Positions 1 through 12,606 of a stretch of 64,000 nucleotides of DNA are shown piece by piece. The notes beneath the pieces were generated by a model. That model worked only from the letters and a program-made list of their open reading frames with translations, did not search any database and was not told where the DNA came from. How positions within the stretch are numbered: position 1 is the stretch's first letter; each line of letters opens with the position of its first letter. The DNA lies in assembly GCA_013265495.1 (NCBI GenBank), contig MU058065.1, forward strand, positions 10,147,720-10,211,719, in the 5' to 3' direction. The DNA comes from Vicugna vicugna (lineage: Eukaryota). Position numbers and translations under genes: made by a program.

Positions 1-1119
1 GGAATGGTCTCCATTCTCTCTTCCTTTCCATATTTTCCCAGACATCTGATTAAAATGAGAGAGTAAGTTGGGATAAATCTTTCTGGGAAAAGACAGCAGC
101 CACTGATCCCACCCAGAACAGCTGGCAGGACTGTCTACTTCCTTCCTCTTCCTCTAAATTCTAACCTGAAGTGAAGGACAGAGTAGATTTCTCAGTGTTT
201 CTTAGGCGCCAAATAGACTCCCGTGTTTTAAAGAATCCTGAGAAATAAAACATTCAAAAAATGTGAGGGAAAATATTATATTTGTGAGTTCAAACTTAGG
301 ACTCAATTGGATAGTTGCTTTGTGCCTCTGTAAACACATAAGCTACTAATTCTTTTCCTTCCCTGATGTGTTAAGTCTATCATGCCTCTGCACGTTGCCT
401 TTAGTAGAATTGTCTATCATATTATTTTCATGTGTTGTTTATCAAATCATGGTACAAATACAGTCCTTACCCAACTAATTCAGTTGAATAAGATAAACAT
501 CAGTTCTTTCGCAAAAATGTTATGGTTGGTAACAGCTTCAGAGTTACCCGGAGTTATATATTTGGCTTAAATACAACTGAATAATAATGGTAAAGAGAAT
601 GTCTCTAATTTTAGCTAGTTAATATAATGAATAGAAAAGTTTGTAGAAGATGAGTAGGAAGATAGCGTAAACTTCATAAGGATAAATTACTTTTAAAAAG
701 AAGTTGCTGCATTGTTTTCTTAATTTCACTCTTTAAGGTAATGCTTTCATTCAAAGCATTTCTGCATATATATCTGTGTGCACAGTACAAACACATTCAT
801 GACAAAGATAGTATCTACAACAAGAGGTCTCTTTTATCTAGTCTCGAATTTAAGAAAATCCTTTTGTCATCCCAGTTAGATAATGGATAAAAATAGATTA
901 TCAATAGGTGCAAAGGCAAATAAGCATACATAAAATCAGCTAAAACCAGACCTTAAAAAGCTAGAGGGCCTTCAGTATCAATCACCTGGAAGAGATGCCT
1001 CATACCAGAGGGAGAAAAAGTCGCAGACAAACCATCAAGCCGTCACACAGCAGTGGAGCCTGTTCTAAATTTGAGCGGCAATAGTTGCCATTCCTATTTA
1101 GAAAAATGCTTTCTCTCAC

Positions 1120-1312
1120 CTTTGCATTCCCAAAATACATGCTCCTGGCAATGTTCTGTGGAACCACTGGACTCTCTGCTTGGTTCTGAACTTGGATTTT
1201 TTTTAAAGCAACATTGTCACCTAGAATTGGTTGTAATCTGTCCTTTTCATCTTGTAGAATTCTTAAAACGACTGCTGTAAATGCCATGATTTGATATCAG
1301 TGGGTCAAGTCT
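1120..1312 (-). other. Candidate spliced exon of an unidentified transcript
   Basis: Minus strand shows acceptor cttccttcgtattgtctcctccttag| and donor AAG|gtgaga. An ATG at 1287 in good Kozak context (atcATGG) opens 56 codons (MAFTAVVLRILQDEK...YFGNAK) that end in phase 0 at the donor. I recognise no homology. Confidence 0.3.
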
Positions 1313-2438
1313 CTAAGGAGGAGACAATACGAAGGAAGTTTCAAGGTGAAAAGGGACTCAAGATTATAGGATCATTCATATACTTAGTGAAATAGCTGCA
1401 CTACAGACATATTAATATGAAACCACATACTTTTAATATAAAAAACACTCCATTTGAAGTGTTACTTAGAAAATGGTTTTATAGCTTATATGTGTGGTGT
1501 AGTAATACAAATTACAAAGGGAAATCTAAAAGAAATTGGTATCATTTTTTGTCTTACTCTTATGTGTGCACTTGGTGTATGCTTTCCACATATAATTTGA
1601 TCTTCACAATGAAGTAATTATTTAAAAATAAATACATTTATTGACATACACATAAAGTACATTAAAATGAATTTTTTAATTAAAGTTTATTGAAATTTGT
1701 ATTATAAATAAATGCTCACAAGGAAAAGGGTGCTGGAATTGTTTCCTTGGTGTGGGAATGTTCTATGTAAGTTAAAAGAAGGTAAAAAGCAATACTAGCT
1801 GAAGGAACAATATAAATAAAATTTGAGAGAGAGGAATTCATAAAGTTTTGAGTGAGTATATGAAGGATGGATTAGGTAAAGCATGAATTCTCAAAGGGAA
1901 AGATCTTATCCCCAAGAGGACAAAACCAGTTTGGGTAGGGCGAGGAGAAGGTAGCAAAATAATCATAGATGTTGTGATGGTTTGTGGTCCTCCAAAGCTC
2001 AACTATATTGGACAAGATCTTCTTTCTCAATATTTAATTTCTTTCATTAAGCAGATTAAATTAAATGAAAATTAATTGAATTAAGTAGACCTTTTCCTTG
2101 GGGGTATGATAATGAAAACTAGGTTGAAAAACACTAGTTCGAAGTCTAAAAAGTTTGAAAAAAAATTTCATAGTATTTTTTCCAGTTTCTTATAAATTCA
2201 AGAACAAAGAGTTCAAAGAAAAAATATGTATTTAGATTTAATTGGTAGCACAAACACAGACATGCATATATGTAATGAAACATCGCAGTGTGCTTTATAT
2301 TACTGCAACTGCAAAAGACCCAGTCCATTAGTTTTATATTGTTGCAGAAGCTAATCCAGCTTAGGCCCCCAAAGAAAGCTTGTTGAATAAAAAAATTTAC
2401 TCCAGAATAGCACTATCAAATGATTGTCTAGTCCATAC

Positions 2439-2548
2439 TTAAACCTACAATCACTGTTAAATGATTTAGAATCTTTTCCTCTGTGGTCACATTTTGATTT
2501 GTTAAAGACCTTCTTAGAATGGGTTGAACGCAGAACTCCCATCATGGT
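2439..2548 (-). other. Candidate exon upstream of the 1120-1312 exon
   Basis: Acceptor tctcctcttactctgcgctggctag|, then accATGATGG, 35 codons (MMGVLRSTHSKK...), and a modest donor AA|gtatgg. Confidence 0.2.
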
Positions 2549-2686
2549 CTAGCCAGCGCAGAGTAAGAGGAGACTGATATCCTTCTCATTCTCAACTTTC
2601 TATTTTGTCAGCAGCCTAAGGTGCCCTTGGATATATCAGCTGTGACATCCACTATTAATTCATCTCACTTACTCTCAACAATTACT

Positions 2687-2890
2687 TTCTTTTTAAAAAT
2701 AAATGTATATATTTTTATTGAAGTATAGTCAGTTTGCAATGTTGTGTCAATTTCTGGTGTACAGCACAATGCTTCAGTCATATAGGAACATACATATATT
2801 CATTTTTGCATTCTCTTTCACCATAAGTTACTGTAAGATATTGAATATAGTTCCCTATGCTATACAGTATAAACTTGTTGCTTATCTTTA
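2687..2890 (-). mobile_element. Young 5'-truncated L1 3' end (cetartiodactyl/camelid type)
   Basis: T-rich tail followed by ttttattgaagtatagtcagtttgcaatgttgtgtcaatttctggtgtacagc. TSD CAACAATTACT at 2676-2686 and 2891-2901. A sister copy lies at about 22576. Confidence 0.85.
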
Positions 2891-3512
2891 CAACAATTAC
2901 TCTTAAACCTTCTTAATATGTGACGTGAAACTATATTTTCAGCAGCCAACATAGAATATTTAATAAAAGGAGAATACTTAAAAAATACTTTAGATTTCCT
3001 TGGAAGCACAAACATAGATATGACTATATCTAATGAAACTTATTGCAATGCACAGTGAAAAATAGTAATGAAATTTTATCTTATTGAACTCAGTCCAATA
3101 GCTGGTTGGATTTTTTTTAAATGTGAAGCTTCTACCTCTTTACATTCTTTAAAGCATTATGCTGTTTGATCATTTGATAAGATTTCCATTCATGTGAGCA
3201 TTTGAGTGAGTGATTAACATGATGTAAGCAATCTAGCATCGTATATCTTACTCTGGGTTTCCATCCCTTCACTAGTCATCAATCTTAGAAAGAAACATTT
3301 ACTTAATTAGAAATGCACTGAATCATATGATCATCTATCTCACTTTTAACCTTCTAAGTATCAATGATATAATAGGTTACTTTAAAAAATATATATTCAA
3401 GTTGCTAATCTAAAAATCATGTTTAGAGTAGCCTGCTGATCTACCAATCCGGCAACATTAAAAGAAAAAAGAAAAAAAGGAAGAAAAGGGGGGAAAAAAA
3501 AGAAAAACTGTT

Positions 3513-4815
3513 GGAAGATGGCAGAGTAGGGAGACCCTGAGCTCACCCCCTCCCATCAACACACAAAAATTACAAGTATTTCCAGAGAAACTATCAGCTA
3601 TCAGTGAGGAAGACCTGAAGCCTAGTAGAAAAGATTTTCCACAACTAAAGATGTTAAGAAGGAAACATAATGAAATGGGTAGGAGAAGGAAAGACGTGGT
3701 ACAGTCAACACCCACACCCCCAGGTGGGCGACCAGCAAATGGGAGGATAATCACAATTGCAGGGGTGCTCCCCAAGGAGTGAGGGGTCTGAGCCCCGTAT
3801 CAGTCTCCCCACCCCAGGGGTCCCGCGCAGAGAAGACAAGCCCCTAGAATGTCCAACAGGGCTTACCGAGGGGAAAGCTGATGTGCTCTAGGAAACACAG
3901 ACTCCACTCTTAAAAGACTCATGCAAAATCTCACACACCATGAGACCTAGCCCAGAGGCAGTCATTTGAAAGGAGCCGGGGTTACACCCACTTGCTGATT
4001 TGGGGGAAGCCCCTGGAGCGGCAGGAAGCCACTGGAACTTGCCCTAGGGATGCAGACATTGGCAGCAGCTGTTTGGGGGAGTCTGTTCTACCACAAGGAC
4101 ACTGATTTCGGAAACCACTCTTGGAATCCTCCCTCTAGTCTACATTAGTGCCAGGCCCCAGCATCAGTCCCATTTGGCAGACAGTCTCCAGCCTCCTGGA
4201 ACCTCTGGGCTCTTCAGTCACCCCAAGACCTGGTCCTACTCACCAGTGGGCTGGCATCAGCCCTGGGACTTCCTAGGCTGCAGAAAAAGCTTTTGACAAA
4301 AGCAAACAGATAGTAACTAGATTTATTGTGGTGGTCATTTTTTAATATATAGAAATATCAAATCACTATGTTGTGCACCAAGAATTAATATAGTATTGTA
4401 GGTCAGTTACACTTCAACAAACAAACAAGCCATAGAAAAAGAGATCAGATTTGTGGTTATCAGAGGTGGGGGGAGGGTGGGCAGAGGAACTAGATGAAGG
4501 TGGACAAAAGACACAAAATTCCAGTCATAACATAAATAGCTACTAGGGATGTAATACACAACATGATTAATATAATTAACACTGCTGTATGTAACATATG
4601 AAAATTGTTAAGAGAATATATCCTTAGAGTTATCATTACAAGCAAAAGATATTTTTTCTCTTTCTTTTATTTTGTATCTTTATGAGATAATAGATGATCG
4701 TTAAGCTTACCACAATAATCATTTCATGATGTATGAGTCAAATCATTATACTGTACAACTTAAACTTACACAGTGCTATATGAAAATTATATCTCAATAA
4801 AACAAAGAGAAAAAG
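3513..4815 (+). mobile_element. Internally deleted L1 (5'UTR + short ORF2 piece + 3'UTR), L1M2/L1MA-era type
   Basis: Starts GGAAGATGGCAGAGTAGG, an L1 5' terminus. GC-rich UTR runs to about 4279. 4280-4300 encodes AEKAFDK, an ORF2 RT motif. The 3'UTR ends in tatctcAATAAA plus an A-rich tail. Confidence 0.75.
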
Positions 4816-5149
4816 AACTTGAGCTTTTTATTTAGTGAGCACTTTCTTTTCCTAAATGCTTATCAACCATATTTGAAAAATTATGTATGATAAAATCATT
4901 ATCCTGTTTTCACGTAAGAGCAACTTCCTGGATCTTTTTTTTAAAAAAGAAAAAATATATACAAAAAGTCACATTAGCCAAGTGTCAGAAAAGATCAAAG
5001 ACCTCTCCTAGGACCAAGTGTAGAGGTGTGGGGAGAGAGAAGAACAAGGCAAGGGGAGAGGGAGACAAAATTTTTAAAAACTGGCTAAGAAAAAAGAAAA
5101 AAAGAATAAGAGGATCAGAATTAAAAAAAATAAAATTGTCAGTTATTTT

Positions 5150-5530
5150 AGTGGACAAATGTGCTAAATACTACTATTAAAATGCAGAGACTATCAAGAT
5201 TGTTTCTTTCACCATTTGCCCAAAATGTAAATTAACTGTGGTTATGTTGTATTTACAAAAGATATGCTCAAAACAAATTGTGACACTAAGGCAAAAGTAA
5301 AGGAATTTTTAAAAATCACAAAAAAAAAAAGAAAAGGAGAAAAAAGTGATGCAAAATGCATGAATGGCAATACTAATATAAAATGAAAGAAAATTCAAAG
5401 TAAGAAGAGTCATCTATTTTAAGAACTAAGAGGTTTATTTAACCGATACATGTTAGAGTATATTTACTTCAACAAGAGAATCTACCTGTAAAGAATCTTT
5501 ATAGAATAACAACGTGTCAAAATACACAAA
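5150..5530 (+). mobile_element. Highly degraded L1 ORF2 (endonuclease region) fragment
   Basis: A-rich sequence resembling the L1 EN-region consensus (tatgttgtatttacaaaagata..., tggcaatactaatat...). Boundaries approximate. Confidence 0.4.
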
Positions 5531-6749
5531 ACAAGTCTATCTCTATGTCACTGAATGTTTTTCAACATTAATTTTGCTTTTAACTGTCTCCAATGTTAAT
5601 TTAATTTCCAATATTGTGTTCTTAGGTTAATCTCACATCTCTCAGTCCTACTCATTTGTTTTCCTGGGCTGGAACCCAGTGTACTCTGGCCCCTACTGAG
5701 ACAGCAACCCCCTCCACCCCCGTCTGTTTCTGCACTGATAGAGCTCTTGTCAAATCACGATTTCATGCACGCTCAGCTACCTGATTCCCTGTCTCTGTCC
5801 CTGGTCTACAGTGCTGCATTTATGGGGATGGCATCGTCCAGAATACACATATTCATTGTTTCTCTCCTCCTAATTTAGGGGGCATGAAGAGTCAGAACCT
5901 TAGAGTTACTTTGTACCTCACAGAGGTGGAGACCCATAGTGTCCTATCCACCTGCTGGTCTATGTGCCGTTTTCTTAATCTCTGCATCATGAAAGATTCT
6001 GGCAATGGTATAAAGCTGTTAGTTCTTATTCTGAATTCTGGTTAGATTTTTATCTGTCCAGTTTTAAATGGCCAATTTTCTCCAGAATTCACTCATTAGT
6101 TAGCAAGTTACATCATACATTACTATCCTAAAGTCTCTGAGGATTTCTAGTATAAAATAAACAAACAAGCAGAAATAAAACTTGTTTTTTAACTTTAACC
6201 AAGAGTTTCTCAGTTGTATTTGCCAAAATTCCTTTAATTAATAATATGGATTAGCATCCTAAATTTAGAATTCATAGAGCTCAATTTGGACAATTCTCAC
6301 TTTGAAAAATTTCTTTGTTAAAAAGTTGCTTGGACTATTTAACACATCCTTCTTTTTACCTGACCCATTGTTTTATTATTGAAAATGTCAATATGTGGGC
6401 CATTAAGAGCTTGTTTCATAATTTTTCCTACACACAAGAATTTTTAACAATATCTGACAGATGGCTGTGTATCTAGTTAGGAATGTTTTCCTGAGAAGCT
6501 ATTCCATAATCTTCTCCAACCACCTGTTCAAATATCCAGCTGTCCCTCCTAATCAAGAAGTATTTATTTAGATTTAACCAAAGAAGAAAATCAAATGTTT
6601 AGAAGTTTAAAAAAAAAATCACGATTTCTTAACATGTCAGTCTTAGCAACTGATTTGAGGAAAATGAGGGAGACAGTTATTTTCTAGGAGATTTAGAATC
6701 TCTAGTTCTATTTTGAAAGTTCAGTTTCTGATTCTAGCAGTATTAACAT

Positions 6750-6880
6750 ATTTTGTTTGTTTGTTTTGAGGGGGGAGGAAATAGGTTTCTTTCTTTCTTT
6801 CTAGAGTAGGTGCTGGGGATTGAACCCAGGACCCTGTGCATGCTAGGCATGTGCTCTACCACTTGAGCTATATCCTCCCC
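6750..6880 (-). mobile_element. tRNA-derived SINE, Vic-1-like (camelid)
   Basis: Minus strand begins GGGGAGGATATAGCTCAAGTGGTAGAGCAC, with A box and B box (GGTTCAATCC) and an A-rich tail. TSD TCTAGCAGTATTAA at 6733-6746 and 6881-6894. Confidence 0.9.
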
Positions 6881-8949
6881 TCTAGCAGTATTAATATTGA
6901 TACCAAAAAAATGTTCCTCTATATCTATGTTAGCCCTGTCTGAAAATCTAGAGTTCTCAATGTGTAGAGAAAAGTTTTGACATAATTCACAGGGTGGTAC
7001 TTGAATTAAATGTCCGCTAAGAACTGCTTGGTACACTTCCTTGGATACTAAGATACTACCAGTTTCCTCAAAACAGTCAGTGGAGTGTACTCATAGCAAA
7101 GGCTCTTGAACCATTTTCTGGGATGAGAGCAGCTCTCACCAAAGACTCGGGAAATCAGAGTGATGGAACACTTAGATGGTGAGGAAGAAATATAGAGGAG
7201 CTTGGTGGGTTTTCCAACACCTCCTTTATTCTTGTTGATGATATCCGTATTTCCTAGTTCCTTAAGAAATTTCATTTATCCATGTTTAGAGCAGAGGAAT
7301 GGTGCTACAAAATAATACTCTTCTCCCTCACTCAAAACTCTCAATCATAACCTGTCTCCAGACACATGCTTCTGATATTTGCTTAGATGTTCGTGTACTC
7401 GCATTTGAAAAAAAAAGAAAACAAAACAAAAACACTTCTCAGAGGGTAGGTATCTCCTTTTGAATGTTGGATTTTGCCTCTATTTAGCACTTGATAAAGC
7501 ATTACATATGTTCAGGGATTTAAAGTATACCATTTTAATTGTTTTGATTCTAAATTTATCTTAGTCATTTTAAACAATTTATTCTTTAGTCTCTGGAGAT
7601 GGAGAAGATTAAGACTGCTCTTCAATTCAACAAACATTTGTATAAGCTTAATATAAGCTTCTTGTATTTTAACCTTTATTATTCTCCCAACAAGAATTGA
7701 ATGTGTTATTCTCTTTTCAGATCTTTTCTTTCAGTCAGAATTTCTGCCCCATGCTTCCAGCAGTTATATCACTCTCTCCTGATAAAAAGCTCGTATCTGC
7801 CAAAAAGATTCTCCAGATGAATTATGCCGGTGCCAATCATCTTATGCTATTTTCTTTTGGCACCTATATACTTGGCTAGTTTGCATTTGTCATTCTTCTT
7901 AGTATCTGTAGGTTACACAATTATAATTTATAACTTTATCTTAACAGGAAGAAGATTATCAGTGTCTCATTGCTTTGTACACACTGTTTTAAAACTAATG
8001 TCTCATGTCCATATGTGTTATGAATATACACTATAGTTACATCTCCCTGAAACTATCATAGCATTTCTTCACTTGCTATATAGTCTCTTATTTTATTAAA
8101 AGTGGAGGACAAATGATTTCTGAGAGGCATCTCACACCTATACATCATGATTCATGGAAGGTGATATATTCCCAAGTGAAAATAAATGTCCTAGAATTTA
8201 GGAGTTTACTAAAATTCATGGAGAATCTCATAAGCTTCCATAATTTAGCCTCTTGTGTCCCTAGCTCCCTGTTCATCTCTTTTAATCAAATAAGGAAAAT
8301 AGATAATCTACATTATCAAGAATTTCAAGGTGTTAAGAAGCCTAATTAACAACCTTCGGATTTTTAAAATTTATTTTTTCAATTAATTGATTGTGAGTCA
8401 GGTGATAAATCAAGAATAAAAGAGGAAATTTAGTTAGTGTTATTTTCCTCTTTTGGTTTGAAGACCAAGGTTGGGCCCAAGAACTAAACGGCTCTCTTAT
8501 TACCCAGCTGAATTGATTTTATTCACCCGATTGCAGGAAAAGCAGCTGGAGAACTCCAGAGGCAGAGCAGTGCCTGCTGGGGAGCACACATGATAGAGGA
8601 GCCGTGCCATTAACAGTGAAGTAGGTCTCAGAGATAGAGCCACACAAATAACTCCTCACACATTAATCTCACTTGATAGAGTAACCAGAGCTGTCAGTCT
8701 CCCAAGTATTAATGAAGATTAGGTTGATTGAAGCTGGTGGAGAGAGGGCCCAGGAGTTTACTTTCTGTATTGCCTCTGCTGAGAAGTCTGCTCGTGAGAA
8801 AATGAGAAAGCAAGAATAGTGTTTCTTCTAGCAAAGTGCTCAGGGAAGACCTAAAAGGTCCTCAAGGATATTCTACGCACATTATTTTTGGAGAAATGGC
8901 CAATATGGGACAGGGCTTAACATGTTTAAAGATAAACAATAAGGAGGGA

Positions 8950-11170
8950 AAAAACCCATACCTGGCAGCAATACAAAACTTTGAGCAAAGTATTAGAAGT
9001 AGAACATATCATAGTATTCAGAAGATTGAGTCTAGAAAGCAGTTGAAAATACTATTTATAAATAAATTGTACTTGCAAATAAATTAAAGAAAACAGACAA
9101 AATGAAGCAGAATTAAAGCAACAAAGATGGAAATTATTTCACATGGTTATGAAAAGAAATAGAGAAATCATGATACTAACAACTTAAAGACAGTTACATG
9201 CAGCAAGGTGCAGAATGAATATGCAAATAAGTAAATAAATACAAATGAGTAAACAAACAACAGTAATAAACAAGTCAGTGAACTGGATCATAGCCTGAAG
9301 AACGGTCATATGGAATACAAGGTTAAACTACAAAAAGATGAAAATCAACAGAGAAAAGAGAATAGACATGGCAGGAGGTGGAGGGAAGATGGTAAGACAC
9401 CTGTAGGTTTCCAAAAAAAAATCCAAACAAATGAAATGGACTACATCATAAATATAATAAAATTATATTTTTATGTAATGGAAGAAATATAGTCAGAAGG
9501 AAATCACTTTGTATATTAAAAAGATCAATTTCAAGGCCCTTCCTGGTAAAATTTTTGAACTTAAAGGTAAAGACATCAATTTCTGTGAGTGTTCAGGCCT
9601 GTGAAGCAGGTCAGCACAAAGGAAATATTTAAAAATCCTAAAACAAGCTTACTGCAGTTAAAAGGGAGTTTAAAATACAGACAGTTTTGAAGGGAAGAGA
9701 GTCTCTGAGAATTGTGTGAATGGTCATTTTACACACAAAACCAATGGTCAGATGTTCTTGCATGTGCAAGAGCTCAGGCGTTTCCGCCAACACTTCCAGG
9801 GGTGCTACTCACATCACTGTGTGTGTGGATAGCACTTGCGAAGCTTGGCCACACCAGCCTGTGGACTGGCCTGTGCTTCTAAAACAAAACAAAAGCAGCA
9901 AGGTATGATCCAGTCAACCAAAGACAAATCAAAATATAGCAACCACAAAAGAAAAAGTCTAAGACTTAATACTGAATCAAGAAAATAAATGCAATGAAGT
10001 TATTAAATATTACTATATGAAAAATCACAATATTCATGCTTTTATAACAAAAAAAAGTGAAATTATTAGGACAACCTCACACATTTAGGAAAAATATAAA
10101 TATTATTTAGGACAGAGAAGGAAGACATTAACATAACCATTCAAAAGTTTTTTAAAAAATAAGAAAAGAAAAAAAACCATCAATTTAAGAACTGATCCTT
10201 TAAAAACAATGAGGTTACTCTTTGAACTAATCAAGAAAAGAAAATACACATATTTTTAATTAGGAATGAAAAAGTACATAATCAGAGAGAGGAGAAATAA
10301 AAACAATTATATTAAAGTGATTTTTACCAACATTATGTTTCCAGAAATGAAAGTCTGAATAAATATATCCATTTTTCTGAAAAATATAGATTTCCAAAAT
10401 TGGCAAAAAACCCAAAGACATTAAGCAAAACTGTATCTATTTTAATACTCCTTATGTATTAAAATGAATTATCCTTATGTATAGTTCTTACACAAGTAAA
10501 ACAAATTAAATTTTCAAGTTCAGATAGTTTAAAATATTTAAACAAATTTGCTATTGTTTAACTATTCTTAGAGCGTAGAAAATGAAAGAAAGCATTTCAT
10601 TTGTTTTAGAAAGTCTATAAAACTTTTAAATCTAAATGGTATAAAAGATAGCATAAAGATCTTTATAGACAAATTATTAGATGATAAATTTTAGGAGTAT
10701 ATGAAAATCAGCCTTGCCTGGTTACATTCCTGTCCTGATATCCCTGAGAATTATATGGTACCTTAATATTAGTGAATAAATTATTGTAAAGCACCATATT
10801 AATAGGTTAAATGAAAAAAGCTGCATGATTAAAGTTTTATGCCAAAAAGATATTTAATAACATTGAAAACCAGTCCTGACAAAACTCATTAGTGAAATAG
10901 GGCTAGAAAGATTTTTTTCCTAAAGGGAAGTATTATGTTTAATAGGAAACAATAGGAACATTTCCTTTAAAAGCAAAACGATATAAGAATGTCAGTCTTT
11001 ATCATTTCTAGACATAAGCCATTAGGCAAAACAAACTGAAATAAAATTAGTCAAACTGTGAAAGTAAAATTTAAATCATTTGCAAATAAAATCAACTAAA
11101 AAAACCTGGAAGTATCAAAGAAACACAGTGAAGTAGCTACCATGAATCAAATACATATAACCCAAAAGTT
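8950..11170 (+). mobile_element. Ancient degraded L1 (L1ME-like) ORF1/ORF2 fragments
   Basis: Long, strongly A-skewed tract with remnants resembling L1 ORF2 (attaggaatgaaaaag, aaaagatatttaataacatt, catttcctttaaaa). Boundaries approximate. Confidence 0.55.
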
Positions 11171-12015
11171 CTCTTTTGTTTCTTGTAGTTTATTTAAATT
11201 AAAATTAGATCTGTATATGGTTTACGAAGTTCAGTAGTTATGCATTAGGTCTTTTTGCAAACAAAATTAAACAAAACAGTAGAGACAGCCAATTTGACTT
11301 CTATTAGCTGATTATTTAATATTTCTCTCCACATTCGTATGGAATGTCATGCTTTTTCCATTTTTAAGTGTAATTTGTGACTTCTTCGTAGGGAGAAAGG
11401 ACCTAGCTCTCTTTCCTACTCCTGTCCCACATGATTGCTTGCTCCCCATTCCACCACGGTCCTAATAGAATTTTATGGTAATTTGGGTTAGACTGAAATC
11501 CAGTATTTTGATTAATACTATTATGAGTATGTAAGTGTCATTTGTAGTTGAGCAATGTACTAAACCATTGTTAGTTTTCCTTTCCTATACAAACCTTGAA
11601 TCACAAAGCTCTCTCTTAGCAGGTGGCAAGAACCAGAAACCATCAGTTAAATGTCTGACTGATTTGATCAAATAACCTGGAATGACAAATTCATGATACA
11701 TAAATCTATACATCTCAGGCACAAACTAGAAACCTTTAAAACATGTTATAATCAAGTGATGTATTTCCTTAATAGACTGATTTTTCAAATCAATAAGAAA
11801 AAGTGAATTCTTACTAAAAAATAAAAAAACATTGGACTAATACAAAGCAAAAAAGACACATTTAAAAGAAACGAAAAGTAAGAAAATATATGAAATTCTC
11901 TAGTAATTTTTAAAATGCTAGTAAAATACCCATGTATGTAGTACTATCCTTATCAAATTGTCAACAATGAAAAAAAAGTAACATCCATTGTTGAGGTTTG
12001 GATATAGACTGACAC

Positions 12016-12450
12016 TGTGTCAAACGTGTGTCCCTCTACAAGACACAGAGATAAGAATTTAAGTACACAGGAGTCACTTTGGGAGGTGGTCCAGGATTCA
12101 CTGGTAGAAAAAACCTAAGTGAAGCAGGGAAGACAGTCTGGCTACCACTGTGTGAAACTGAAGCTCATCTCTGCTGGGAACTCTGAAGACTGTGTACAGT
12201 AGTCTAACTTGAAATTTTCCCTTCTAAGGGACCAGGAAGCTGGGATATCTATCCTCCCATTCTCCATCTGTCATTGGCAGAGAACTGCTCCCCAGAGGAT
12301 TATATGTCTAGCCCGACCATTCTGCCCATATATGGGAGCCTAGAGACAGCCCTGGCATGGAGAGTCACAGAAGCTTGCAGTTGAAGGTCACTGACAAGTG
12401 TTAGATCCCTGAGTGTTAAGGAAGTATAGATGGGACTCAAAGAGTGTCAC
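12016..12450 (-). mobile_element. ERVL solo LTR, LTR33-like
   Basis: Matches the remembered LTR33 pattern: tttgggaggtggtccagg...accactgtg...tgggaactctg...ggaagctgggatatctatcc...tgtcattgg. Confidence 0.6.
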
Positions 12451-12539
12451 ATTTACACGTGATGCTACACAATTGGGCTAATAAATTGATATGATGTGAT
12501 TTTTCCAGATGATGTCCATCCCTCTATCTACCACTTTAT

Positions 12540-12606
12540 TTGTCTGTCATCTATCTATCTATCTACCTATTTGCTAGCTATTTACCATCTGTCAATATCT
12601 ATCTAT
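12540..12606. repeat. Degenerate (TATC)n microsatellite
   Basis: Direct reading: ctatctatctatctacctat... Confidence 0.7.

Noticed and set aside
3458..3775. 105-aa minus-strand ORF
   Set aside because: It is antisense to an L1 5'UTR plus an A-rich tract, starts at a non-ATG codon and ends in a low-complexity Phe run.
6810..6880. tRNA gene
   Set aside because: The tRNA-like head continues into a SINE body and A-rich tail and is bounded by a TSD, so it is a retroposed SINE.
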